NCBI GenBank assembly: GCA_016188245.1
Contig: JACPIE010000038.1
Location: 30,939 to 94,938 of the forward strand
DNA: 64,000 bases
Direction of reading: 5' to 3'
DNA from: Candidatus Woesearchaeota archaeon
GTDB lineage: Archaea > Nanobdellota > Nanobdellia > Woesearchaeales > GW2011-AR4
The notes under the pieces were generated by a model. It was not told where the DNA came from. It worked only from the letters and a program-made list of their open reading frames with translations, and did no database searches. The first letter of the stretch is position 1, and every line of letters starts with the position of its first letter. Of the stretch, positions 19,697-28,991 are shown in pieces. The position numbers and the translations under genes were made by a program.

Positions 19697-20863
19697 ATGG
19701 ACAAAACAAAATTAATCAGGGCAATCCAAAGGGCTAAGATCCCATTAGTTATGATTATACTGCTGGCACTTGGCTTTATGCTGTTTGAATTGTCATCAAA
19801 AGACACCAAAGCAGAAACAGAATTTGACAAGATGAAGAAAGCTGCAAAATACTGCACAAATCCCACTTCTACAGACCCAAAATGCATTGAATTATTTGCT
19901 GAAATAAATGGAGCAATGCACTCAAGCTCAAATGACCTTCAGAAAACAGCACAGGAAAAAATAGGGATTGTCGGAAAATATGGAGAAGATGGCGTGTTTA
20001 ATGCAACTGAATACCTGTCAACATGGAATTTTGACAATCTTCCAGCGAATGAAAGAAGCAAATTTTACAGAGAAACAAAGAGACCTGGCGGCAGCTTACT
20101 GAGGGAATACTGGATTTATGCTGAGGACAAGGAAATTGAAATTGCACCCGGTGTTTTCTTTCCCGCATGGACATACAACGGGCAGGTTCCTGCCCCTACA
20201 ATAAGGGCCACAGAAGGCGACAGAATCAGGATTCACTTTACAAATAAAGGGACAAAGCCCCATACAATGCACTTTCACGGATTCCACCAATCTTCAATGG
20301 ATGGCTCAATGCCTGAAGATTTTGTTTATCCTGGACAAAGCTTCACTTACGAATTCGATGCAGACCCTTTTGGAGTCCACTTATTTCATTGCCATTCCGT
20401 TCCGTTGAAGCAGCACATTTCAAAAGGGCTTTATGGGGCATACATTGTAGACCCAAAAAACGACACCAGGCCCAAAGCAGACAAAGAAATGGTCATGGTA
20501 ATGAACGCATTTGATACAACTCTGGACGGAGAAAATGAAGTTTATGCAGTAAACACAAAGGCGTTTTATTATGCTATGGACCCAATTAAAGTTAAAAAAG
20601 ATGAATTGATAAGAATTTATTTAATAAACATTATTGAATTTGATCCAATAAACTCTTTCCATCTTCATGCAACTTTCTTTGATGAGTATAGGACAGGAAC
20701 AAAACAAGAGCCGAATGCTTACACAGATATTGTGTCATTTGCACAAGCAGAAAGATCAATTTTGGATGTAAAATTCAAATATCCTGGCATGTACATGTTC
20801 CATGCCCACGTCACAGAATTCACAGAGCTGGGATGGATGGGGTTTTTTGAGGTAACCGAATAA
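19697..20863 (+). CDS. Membrane-anchored two-domain multicopper oxidase (type-1 Cu in domain 1)
   Basis: HTMHFHG, HCHSVPLKQH, FHLH, FHAH; N-terminal TM anchor. Confidence 0.9.
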   Translation: MDKTKLIRAIQRAKIPLVMIILLALGFMLFELSSKDTKAETEFDKMKKAAKYCTNPTSTDPKCIELFAEINGAMHSSSNDLQKTAQEKIGIVGKYGEDGVFNATEYLSTWNFDNLPANERSKFYRETKRPGGSLLREYWIYAEDKEIEIAPGVFFPAWTYNGQVPAPTIRATEGDRIRIHFTNKGTKPHTMHFHGFHQSSMDGSMPEDFVYPGQSFTYEFDADPFGVHLFHCHSVPLKQHISKGLYGAYIVDPKNDTRPKADKEMVMVMNAFDTTLDGENEVYAVNTKAFYYAMDPIKVKKDELIRIYLINIIEFDPINSFHLHATFFDEYRTGTKQEPNAYTDIVSFAQAERSILDVKFKYPGMYMFHAHVTEFTELGWMGFFEVTE

Positions 20864-20864
20864 A

Positions 20865-22070
20865 ATGGAAAATTCACCGGAAAAACAAAGTAAAGTGAAG
20901 TTTTGGATGAAGGCTTTGCTGCCTTTGATATTGCTGGGAATTCTCCTCATGATTTTTGTAAAATTCGGCCCACTTGGAGTTTTCAAATCATCAGTTGTTC
21001 CAATAGAAAATATTTTCATACAAAGGGTTGTTTTTTCACCCGAGCATATTTCACTGGAAGTGTTTAATGACGGGCCTGAGCCGGTAACAATAGCGCAAGT
21101 TCTTGTAAATGATGCTTACTGGCAGTTTGAAATGGCTCCAAGCGCCACACTTGAGCCTTTGGACAAGGGGAAAATTGAGATAGATTACCCGTGGCTTGAG
21201 GGAGACTTTGAAAAAATAACTTTAGTATCCAGAAACGGAGTTACCTTTGAAAAAGAAATTGAAGTCGCTTCCATGACGCCTACATTCAACAGATTTTATC
21301 TTAAAACATTTGCGCTGCTTGGAATTTATGTCGGTGTTATTCCAGTCTTGCTTGGACTGCTGTGGCTTCCATTTTTGAGGATGCTAAAAGAAAGATGGTA
21401 CAGCTTTTTGCTTGCCTTGACAATAGGATTGCTCGTATTCTTGGGGTTTGACGCGCTTGCGGAAGCATTTGATCTTTTGGGAGAGATACCCGGCGCATTT
21501 AACGGAATAGGAATCATATTGATTGGATTCACTTTGGCAGTCCTGACTTTGTCTGCTATAAGCTATAAGTCAGAGCACCACAGGCAAATCAAAGGCGAGC
21601 ATTTCCAGGCTCTGATATTCGGCTACCTGATTGCGCTTGGAATCGGGCTGCACAATCTGGGGGAAGGGCTTGCAATAGGAAGCGCTTATGCTGTAGGAGA
21701 AGTTGCGCTGGGAAGCTTGCTTGTGATAGGATTTATGATACATAATGTAACCGAAGGGGTTGCAATAGTGGCGCCTTTAACAAGATTCGTAAGGCAAGTC
21801 GGCAATTTCTATTTTCATCTTATTGTGATGGGGCTGCTGGCAGGCGCTCCCACGATAATCGGCGCCGTCATAGGCGGATTTGCATACTCTCCTGCTATGG
21901 CCGTATTGTTTCTTTCAATAGGGGCAGGGGCGATTTTCGATGTTGCATACGACATAATGCATTACATGGCAAAAGGAAAATGGACTTCACTTTTCACTGT
22001 GACAAATGTGCTTGGATTTTTGGCAGGATTGCTGATAATTTATGCAACGGGATTCTTGGTACTGGGTTAA
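20865..22070 (+). CDS. ZIP-family metal transporter with extracellular N-terminal domain
   Basis: GLHNLGEG and IHNVTEG ZIP signatures. Confidence 0.9.
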   Translation: MENSPEKQSKVKFWMKALLPLILLGILLMIFVKFGPLGVFKSSVVPIENIFIQRVVFSPEHISLEVFNDGPEPVTIAQVLVNDAYWQFEMAPSATLEPLDKGKIEIDYPWLEGDFEKITLVSRNGVTFEKEIEVASMTPTFNRFYLKTFALLGIYVGVIPVLLGLLWLPFLRMLKERWYSFLLALTIGLLVFLGFDALAEAFDLLGEIPGAFNGIGIILIGFTLAVLTLSAISYKSEHHRQIKGEHFQALIFGYLIALGIGLHNLGEGLAIGSAYAVGEVALGSLLVIGFMIHNVTEGVAIVAPLTRFVRQVGNFYFHLIVMGLLAGAPTIIGAVIGGFAYSPAMAVLFLSIGAGAIFDVAYDIMHYMAKGKWTSLFTVTNVLGFLAGLLIIYATGFLVLG

Positions 22071-22079
22071 TTGAACAAG

Positions 22080-23348
22080 ATGGCATTTTTTCAAAAATTT
22101 TTTGATTATTTCAGGATATTCTCGGACAGAAAGCTATTGGCTTTTATGGGTTCCGGGCTGATTGTAAGCGTTGCCTATATGGATCCCGGCAACTGGGGCA
22201 CGGATATCAGCGGAGGAGCCTCATTTAATTATGATCTGCTTTGGGTTGTATGGCTCGCTTCCGGAATGGCTATGCTGTTCCAGTATCTGTCAGGCAAGCT
22301 TGGAATCGCAGGCTATTCATTGCCGGAACTGGTAAAAGAAAAGCTGAAGAAAAAATGGATGGTTTTGCTGTACTGGATTTTGGCAGAGATTGCGATTCTT
22401 GCAACTGACTTGGCAGAATTTTTAGGCATTGTCGTTGCATTAAATCTGCTTTTCGGGATTCCATTATTGTTTGGGGCCTTTGTTGCAGTGGCTGATGTGC
22501 TCATCATACTTCTGCTCACACAAAAAAAATTTCGGGCTTTGGAGCAGTCATTCATCATTTTTGTATCGGTAATAGGGATAGGCTACATTTATGAGCTGTT
22601 CATCACAAAGCCAGATATCTCTTCTGTTGTCCTTCATTCAGTCAAGCCGATACTCACAAAAGAAAGCGCGCTGATTGCAGTCGGAATCATAGGGGCGACT
22701 GTCATGCCGCATGCATTGTTTGTCCATTCATGGCTGATTAAAAACAAGATAATAAGCGCAAATTTCGGCAGCAGGCTTAAAGCGTTGAAGTACCATCTTA
22801 TAGACAATGTAGCTTCACTTACAATTGCGGGGTTCATCAATGCGGCAATAATGATAATGTCTGCAGCGGCTTTCTACAATTCAGGCATAAAAGTCGCAAC
22901 TCTTGACCAGGCTTACACAACCTTAATCCCTCTTTTCGGCAATTTTGCAGCAATTGTCTTTGCGCTTGCGCTTCTCTCCGCAGGCATTTCTTCTTCAGTT
23001 ACAGGCACTTTAGCAGGCCAGTCAGTCATGGACGGCTTAACAGGGTTCAGGATCCCACTGTGGATAAGGAGGGTAATCACAAGACTAATCAATTTGATAC
23101 CGGTTATGGTTGCAATACTGCTTGGAATAGAGCCTTTAAGAATCCTCATCCTGAGCCAGGTTGCACTGAGCCTGCTGATTCCGCTGCCGCTAATCCCTTT
23201 GATAATCTACACTTCAAATAAAAAAATAATGAAAGAGCTGGTAAACAAAAAAATTACAACTGTGTTTGCTGTAATCTTTACTGCCTTGATTTTGGGCTTC
23301 AACGGATACCTGCTTTACCAGGTGATATTTCAAGGAGTGGGGATTTAG
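22080..23348 (+). CDS. mntH: NRAMP family divalent metal transporter
   Basis: YMDPGN and GATVMPHALFVHS. Confidence 0.95.
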   Translation: MAFFQKFFDYFRIFSDRKLLAFMGSGLIVSVAYMDPGNWGTDISGGASFNYDLLWVVWLASGMAMLFQYLSGKLGIAGYSLPELVKEKLKKKWMVLLYWILAEIAILATDLAEFLGIVVALNLLFGIPLLFGAFVAVADVLIILLLTQKKFRALEQSFIIFVSVIGIGYIYELFITKPDISSVVLHSVKPILTKESALIAVGIIGATVMPHALFVHSWLIKNKIISANFGSRLKALKYHLIDNVASLTIAGFINAAIMIMSAAAFYNSGIKVATLDQAYTTLIPLFGNFAAIVFALALLSAGISSSVTGTLAGQSVMDGLTGFRIPLWIRRVITRLINLIPVMVAILLGIEPLRILILSQVALSLLIPLPLIPLIIYTSNKKIMKELVNKKITTVFAVIFTALILGFNGYLLYQVIFQGVGI

Positions 23349-24028
23349 CCGGATTTTGGCAAGTAAACTTCCTTGTAATATTTGCAATATTGGTTTATTG
23401 GACACTCTCGGCAATGCGGGCTTATTGGCTTGCATATGTTCTGCCCAAAAGTCACGAAAATATCGTTAATGTCCTGCCAATATTTTTTCAGGATTATTTT
23501 TTTTAATTCTTCCTCGGTTTGATGCGGATTTTTTGTTTTAACCCAGCCCAATCTGTTTGGAATTCTGTGAACGTGAGTGTCCACAGCAATATATTCTTTT
23601 TTGAAAAATCCGTAAGTCATGACTATATTTGCTGTTTTTCTTCCAACACCCTTGAATTTCATCAATTCATCGAAATCACCAGGAACTTTGCCGTTGTATT
23701 TTTCCAGCAAAGTTTTTGATATTTCTTTTATTCTCTTTGATTTGGTTATATAAAAGTTTACTGATTTTATTATTTTTTTTAGTTTTTTTAATGGAAGCTT
23801 GTTGATTTTTTCAGGAGTGTCGGCAATTTTAAACAAATTTTTAGAAACAGGCCCCGTTATTTTGTCATTTGTCCTTAAGCTCAAAAGGCATGACACAAGA
23901 ACCATGAATGGGCTTCTGGTTTTTTCGCCGATTTCCGTGACAATTGGGTTGGCAAAATTTTTGGCCTCCTTTTTCAGGATTTGCATTACTTTTATTATAC
24001 CCCAATCCTGCATTTTAGAATATTTCAT
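23345..24028 (-). CDS. nth: Endonuclease III
   Basis: HhH GVGRKTA, VDTHV, 4Fe-4S CKPISPHCRECPINQYC. Confidence 0.95.
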   Translation of the reverse strand: MKYSKMQDWGIIKVMQILKKEAKNFANPIVTEIGEKTRSPFMVLVSCLLSLRTNDKITGPVSKNLFKIADTPEKINKLPLKKLKKIIKSVNFYITKSKRIKEISKTLLEKYNGKVPGDFDELMKFKGVGRKTANIVMTYGFFKKEYIAVDTHVHRIPNRLGWVKTKNPHQTEEELKKIILKKYWQDINDIFVTFGQNICKPISPHCRECPINQYCKYYKEVYLPKSG

Positions 24029-24078
24029 TTAATTTTGAATATCTGAATTTCAAATGTATTTTTTGCTTACCTATATGC

Positions 24079-24801
24079 TTAACAATTTAGTTTCAGTACT
24101 CCTTCTTTCATCATTTTATCAATTGCCATTTTGACATACCCTTCTATTGTGTCAACGAGATCAAGGTATAATTGTTTGTGCAAGTACTCTCGAGCAACTT
24201 TATCTCTTGAGTCAAATTTTTGAAATTCCCAATACTTCGCCAACCTATCTTCAGGCGGCAGATGCTTAATTGCACGATATTGCTCATCTGGAAGCTTTTT
24301 CTTTAAATTGTCTATTCTTCTTATCTCAATTTCCGGATGCCCTATGTAACCCGTTAAAGTATCAATTACCTTTCTTTCTAAATCAACAGGCATTATTGGA
24401 GAGGCACCACCTGAAACCCCATCATCTGGATACTCTTTTCCAAAAATTTTGTTAAATTCCACTAAATCACTAGTTTCAAAGCCAAGTATGAAATCTGCAG
24501 GCGAGATTATCTTCGGCGTAAGCTTTCTTGCAATGTGCTGGCTATTCAAGAACTCACCTGGTCGATGTTCCCGAACATAAAGAGGATTGTACCCTCGGTC
24601 CCTTAATGCCAGAAAAAGATCGTGGGGCAACCCGGAATATTTACCGGGGTTTAAGCCCGCAGAGCTTACATCTAGCCAAAGGCCGTGCCTTAATGCAATC
24701 TCTCTTGTTATAATTTCTCCGACAGGGCTCCTATACCTATTTGCAATGCAAAAATAAAGTACATTCAATGGGCGCTCGGATATATCTAATTCTTCTGCCA
24801 T
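24079..24801 (-). CDS. Low-molecular-weight phosphatase/arsenate-reductase-fold protein, divergent
   Basis: VLYFCIANRYRS P-loop, VSSAG, ADFILG. Confidence 0.7.
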   Translation of the reverse strand: MAEELDISERPLNVLYFCIANRYRSPVGEIITREIALRHGLWLDVSSAGLNPGKYSGLPHDLFLALRDRGYNPLYVREHRPGEFLNSQHIARKLTPKIISPADFILGFETSDLVEFNKIFGKEYPDDGVSGGASPIMPVDLERKVIDTLTGYIGHPEIEIRRIDNLKKKLPDEQYRAIKHLPPEDRLAKYWEFQKFDSRDKVAREYLHKQLYLDLVDTIEGYVKMAIDKMMKEGVLKLNC

Positions 24802-24802
24802 A

Positions 24803-25501
24803 TTATTTCAAAATCCTCCCGTTCTTCCTGCTCCACAGCAATAAGTCCAGCTCATCCATGCCAATTCCAATTTCTTTTGAAAAGTCAATGAATTTTTGCT
24901 CCATTTCAAGATATTCTTTTGCATTTTTCGGCTTGTCGTTTGTTTTCAAGATGCCAAATTCATAAAGTGAATTGATTATATGCTTGTCCAAAATAGCATA
25001 GCCCTTAAACCCAATGTTTCTCAAGAAATGGGAAGCTTCTTTCATGGCAAGCCCTTTAATATCCTTGTTTAATGCAAAGAAATCCCTCAATTCGTTTTTG
25101 TTTTTGAATGATTTTATTTTATTTTTTAATTCAAAATTCAATGCGTTTTTAAGGTATGCCCTCGTATGGACAATATGGGATGGCCTAACATTATTAAACC
25201 TGTAAATTCCTTCCAGCCTTCTGGTCATCTCATCTGCAGTTCCGCTTATCAGAACATTCCTGACAGCATCAACAGCCTTGGCGCTCATCTCAGCGCTCGT
25301 GTTGGCCGTGAAGATGCAGAAGGCAAGTTCCTCAAAAATCCTATAGTCATCCTTTGCCCCTGAAGGAAGCAGCCTTAACTCTCCATTGGCGTAATGCCAG
25401 GAATAAGGCTCATTGAAGAATTTTTCAAACTGCTGCAGCCTTTCCTGTATCATGCTTCTTTTATTTTTATAGTCCGAAGTTAACTGCCCAATCTTGTCCA
25501 T
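24803..25501 (-). CDS. ogg: 8-oxoguanine N-glycosylase/DNA lyase (OGG2 type)
   Basis: ELAFCIFTAN, KGLAMKEASHFLRNIG, AILDKHI, DLLLW. Confidence 0.9.
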   Translation of the reverse strand: MDKIGQLTSDYKNKRSMIQERLQQFEKFFNEPYSWHYANGELRLLPSGAKDDYRIFEELAFCIFTANTSAEMSAKAVDAVRNVLISGTADEMTRRLEGIYRFNNVRPSHIVHTRAYLKNALNFELKNKIKSFKNKNELRDFFALNKDIKGLAMKEASHFLRNIGFKGYAILDKHIINSLYEFGILKTNDKPKNAKEYLEMEQKFIDFSKEIGIGMDELDLLLWSRKNGRILK

Positions 25502-25531
25502 GAAAAAAGAATATCGGGATGTTTTTTAAAG

Positions 25532-25618
25532 CTTGCCTTGGCAGAGGAGCCAGCGCTGGCAAGCCATAAAAACACCTGAGAGTTCACATTATTCGCCTCA
25601 TCACTTGGAATCACCTCT
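25532..25618 (-). ncRNA. Candidate small RNA or small-ORF unit with its own TATA box
   Basis: Minus-strand TTTATATA at 25639-25646; GC-richer segment carrying a GUGAUGA box-C-like motif. The ogg gene has a separate TATA near 25521-25530. Confidence 0.3.
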
Positions 25619-25669
25619 TAACGCCCAGAGGCTATTCTTATATAAATATTTAATTGAAAAAATTATTCC

Positions 25670-26161
25670 TTAAAGAATATTAACCTTTGCATTTTTGGCC
25701 TTATTATGCGCAATCAAAATGAAAACAGCCATTAATGCGGAGTAATTTACAGCCATAAACCATGGAGTGCCCCAGCTTATGCCGTCGAACCTGTAGCTGG
25801 AAACCGGCCAGAGAAAAGGCGTTGGAAAGTACCTGAAAGAATGGGTTGGAATGTCGATAATGATATGCATGGCCCAGGCAGTCAAAGGCCAGAACCATTT
25901 TTTTGTGAATAGGTAAACAAGGGCAAAAACAGCGCCAAACATCACAAGGCTGTGTGTCATATTATAGGCGGCAAAAAGCCATTCCGGAAGCCCATTAACG
26001 GATGGAGGCCCCCTGTGAAAATTTCCATTGAATAAATTCATAACAAAGATTATCCCAAAAGAGAGGAAATCCGGCAGCAATCCGAATAAAACAGCCATCC
26101 AAACATATTTTTTCCTGTGAAATGCAGCGTAGCTCCACAATCCATGCGCAAAGATGTCCAT
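25670..26161 (-). CDS. Membrane metal-dependent hydrolase (YdjM-like)
   Basis: AHGLW, LLPD, THSL, MHIIIDIPTH. Confidence 0.8.
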   Translation of the reverse strand: MDIFAHGLWSYAAFHRKKYVWMAVLFGLLPDFLSFGIIFVMNLFNGNFHRGPPSVNGLPEWLFAAYNMTHSLVMFGAVFALVYLFTKKWFWPLTAWAMHIIIDIPTHSFRYFPTPFLWPVSSYRFDGISWGTPWFMAVNYSALMAVFILIAHNKAKNAKVNIL

Positions 26162-26162
26162 T

Positions 26163-26720
26163 TTATTTTAACTTCAAGCTAAACTCAATACCGCTTCCAA
26201 TCGGCACCAGCACACTTCTCAAATCTTTATGGCTTCTTAAATAATGCAAGTAGTCCATCATGTATTTTTCAAACATTATTGCATTGTCAGCCACGATTAT
26301 CGCATTTTTTGTCAATTTAGGATAAGCCAATTTAAAGTAATTGATGTAGTCTTCTTTAATTGCGTCCAGAAACAAGAAATCAAATTTATCCTTTAATTTC
26401 GGAATTTCTTCAAGAGCATCGCCATGAACTATTTTCACATTGCTTAATCTTGCTCTCTTGAAGTTTTCTTTGGCTATCTTTACTTTATGCTCTGAAATCT
26501 CAATTGTTGTTACATTGCCTTTATTCTGCTTAGCTGCCTCCCCAAGCCAGATTGTGGAGTAGCCATTAGAAGCTCCAATCTCAAGAATATTCTTTGCCTT
26601 TGAAATCAAAACCAAAATATAAAAAAATTCTCCTGTGGCAGCAGAAATATTGTAATAACCGCTATTCCTATTGCCAAATTCTTCCAACTCCATCAATAAC
26701 ATTCTTGTTGATCCTTTCAT
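26163..26720 (-). CDS. SAM-dependent O-methyltransferase (YrrM/TrmR-like)
   Basis: ILEIGASNGYS, FLDA, ADN. Confidence 0.9.
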   Translation of the reverse strand: MKGSTRMLLMELEEFGNRNSGYYNISAATGEFFYILVLISKAKNILEIGASNGYSTIWLGEAAKQNKGNVTTIEISEHKVKIAKENFKRARLSNVKIVHGDALEEIPKLKDKFDFLFLDAIKEDYINYFKLAYPKLTKNAIIVADNAIMFEKYMMDYLHYLRSHKDLRSVLVPIGSGIEFSLKLK

Positions 26721-27889
26721 TGGATTATCGGGTGCGCTTTTGTCCTGTACTCCTTGTTGTCTTTCATCAGTTTGTAAAAAGCTATTGTGCCTGCGAGCAC
26801 TACCAAAGCGCTTGATACAAAAACAAATGTAATCCCGGTTCCAATCATAATGAGCCCTGCAATTATCGGCCCTAAACCTCCCCCGATTCCAAATGCAGTG
26901 TTGAACAGCCCCATCACAGAGCCCATGCCGAGCTTCTTTCCGAGCCTGGCGGTTATTGCGCTTCCAGCCGGGATTGAAATTGCAGAGCCAAGTCCCATGA
27001 GTATGTTAAAGAAAAGCAAAGTGTAAAAACCTGTCGACAAGGGCATGAGCGCAAGCGCAGCAAGCATAACTATGCTCCCTGTTATTGTCATCTTTATCTT
27101 GTCGCTTTTATCCGCCATTATTCCAAAATATCTCTGCAATAATGAAGACGCCAGAAGATTTGAAGAAACTATGAAGCCAATCTGGAATATGCTTACATTA
27201 ATTCTTTCCGCAATCAATGGCAAAAAACCCATAACTGCGCCGATGCCGTATGCGTTCGCCATCCTGAACATGAGCATTGCCTGCATTGTTTTGTCTTTTA
27301 TTATGGTTCTCAGTGGAGACGGATGTGTATTCTTGTGCGCATTAATCTCCGGCAGCATGAACATGAGCAAAAGAAGCGACAAAAAGCTTATCGCCCCCAT
27401 TGTGTAGAACGCGGCATTCATGTTCCACATGTCATGCAAGGTTCCACCTATTATTGGGCCGACAGCCAATCCCATGAAAAATGCTATTGTGAAAGTGCCA
27501 AGATACTTGCCTTCCTGGTTTTTCGGGGCAATATCTCCAATGTAGGCCATTGCTATGGGCAGAACCATTGCGGATGCCAAGCCATGCAGCAGCCTTATTA
27601 TTGTAAGCAAAGCTGTTGTTGACGCAACCGCATAAAAAAAGGATAATATTGTGTAGCCTGCCAGCCCCACTACCATTATGTTTTTTCTTCCTTTCAACTC
27701 AGAGAATTTGCCGATTAAAGGCGTGAACAAAGCCCTTGACAAAGTGAATGAGCCAAAAATCAGCCCGATCATCAGCCCATTTGCGCCAAGGTCTTTTGCA
27801 TAGATTGCCATGAACGGCTCTATTATGCCTGCCCCAAGCATCGTTGCAAAAACAGCGATGAACAAGACTGTAAAAATCCTTTTTTCCAT
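26717..27889 (-). CDS. MFS transporter
   Basis: About 12 TM helices; motif A GKFSELKGRK. Confidence 0.92.
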   Translation of the reverse strand: MEKRIFTVLFIAVFATMLGAGIIEPFMAIYAKDLGANGLMIGLIFGSFTLSRALFTPLIGKFSELKGRKNIMVVGLAGYTILSFFYAVASTTALLTIIRLLHGLASAMVLPIAMAYIGDIAPKNQEGKYLGTFTIAFFMGLAVGPIIGGTLHDMWNMNAAFYTMGAISFLSLLLLMFMLPEINAHKNTHPSPLRTIIKDKTMQAMLMFRMANAYGIGAVMGFLPLIAERINVSIFQIGFIVSSNLLASSLLQRYFGIMADKSDKIKMTITGSIVMLAALALMPLSTGFYTLLFFNILMGLGSAISIPAGSAITARLGKKLGMGSVMGLFNTAFGIGGGLGPIIAGLIMIGTGITFVFVSSALVVLAGTIAFYKLMKDNKEYRTKAHPIIQ

Positions 27890-27920
27890 CAGAACAGAAA
27901 TTCTTTCTTATTTTTAAGCA

Positions 27921-28481
27921 TTATCCTTCTCCCAAATTGGTTACCATGCATTCCAGCAAAAGCGGGAAGGTGTCAAAGCCTGCTTTGCTGTTTAAATGCC
28001 CCCCATTCGGGATTATGTTCAGCTCTGCATTTAATATGCCTGCCATCTCTTTTGTTAATTCAAGCGGTATGTACTGGTCGTTGTCTGACGCGAACACAAA
28101 AAAATTGCCGCAGCTCCCTTTTATTTTTTCCCAGTCGAATTCCCTGCCGACAAAAGTCGCGTTTAACTCCTTGAACTCATTTTCTATCAGCTTATGGTAG
28201 CCTGCCACCAGGAATGCCGCTTTTATCTTTTTATCTGGCTGTTCCAGGTAATCAAGTATGAACGCAGCTCCAAGGCTATGCCCAATCAAAACTGTCTCTT
28301 CATTTATCTTGGCTTCATACTTGGAGATTATCCTCATCCAGCTTTCAAGCGACTGGTCCAGAGGTGTTGGAAATTTAGGCACAATGGCTTCATAGCCTCT
28401 GCTTTCAAGCTCTTTTTTCAGCCACGGAAACCAGTTTTCCCCGGGATGCCCGTAAATTCCGTGAATTATTATGAAGTTCAT
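27921..28481 (-). CDS. RBBP9/YdeN family alpha/beta hydrolase
   Basis: IIHG, NWFPW, GHSLG, GGH. Confidence 0.92.
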   Translation of the reverse strand: MNFIIIHGIYGHPGENWFPWLKKELESRGYEAIVPKFPTPLDQSLESWMRIISKYEAKINEETVLIGHSLGAAFILDYLEQPDKKIKAAFLVAGYHKLIENEFKELNATFVGREFDWEKIKGSCGNFFVFASDNDQYIPLELTKEMAGILNAELNIIPNGGHLNSKAGFDTFPLLLECMVTNLGEG

Positions 28482-28990
28482 TTTATCTTTGCAAATATCA
28501 TCACATCAATGAGTTTGCCGTCTTTTAAAGTGTATTTTTTCATCACACCTTCCAGTTTATAGTTGTTTTTTTTGAGTATTCTGGCGGAAGCCATGTTTCT
28601 GCAAAAAACTATGGCATATACCCTTCTAAGCCTTAATTTTTTGAACCCAAAATCTGTGGCTAATCTTAATGCTTCGCTCATTATTCCCCTATTCCAATAT
28701 TTCCTGCCAAGCCAATATCCAATTTCAGCCCTGTGGATTTTGATTTCCCTGAAGCCAATCCCTCCAATGGCCTCTCCGCCCACATCAATCGCAAAATTAA
28801 TCATTTTTTTGCCAGCATCAGGAAGCTTATTGCTTTTTATGAATTCCAGGGCGTCTTTTCTCGTGTAAGGATAAGGTATGCTGCATGTATTCCTGTAGAC
28901 ATGCCTGTCATTAATATTCCTAATCAGGGATGATTCGTCGCCTTTTCTGTAAGGCCGCAAAATAAATTTCCTTGATTTTAAAATGGCCAT
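28478..28990 (-). CDS. GNAT acetyltransferase (RimJ/RimL type)
   Basis: EIGYWLGRKYWNRGIMSEA, NMASARIL. Confidence 0.92.
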   Translation of the reverse strand: MAILKSRKFILRPYRKGDESSLIRNINDRHVYRNTCSIPYPYTRKDALEFIKSNKLPDAGKKMINFAIDVGGEAIGGIGFREIKIHRAEIGYWLGRKYWNRGIMSEALRLATDFGFKKLRLRRVYAIVFCRNMASARILKKNNYKLEGVMKKYTLKDGKLIDVMIFAKIK

Positions 28991-28991
28991 T

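Noticed and set aside
19697-20863. Copper nitrite reductase NirK
   Set aside because: The His pattern in both domains (HxHxH/HCH and HxH/HxH) fits a trinuclear-site two-domain MCO rather than NirK.
25570-25600. AACTCTCAGG on the minus strand resembling a glycine riboswitch core
   Set aside because: The GGAGA and CCGAAG elements and helices are absent, and the downstream gene is unrelated.
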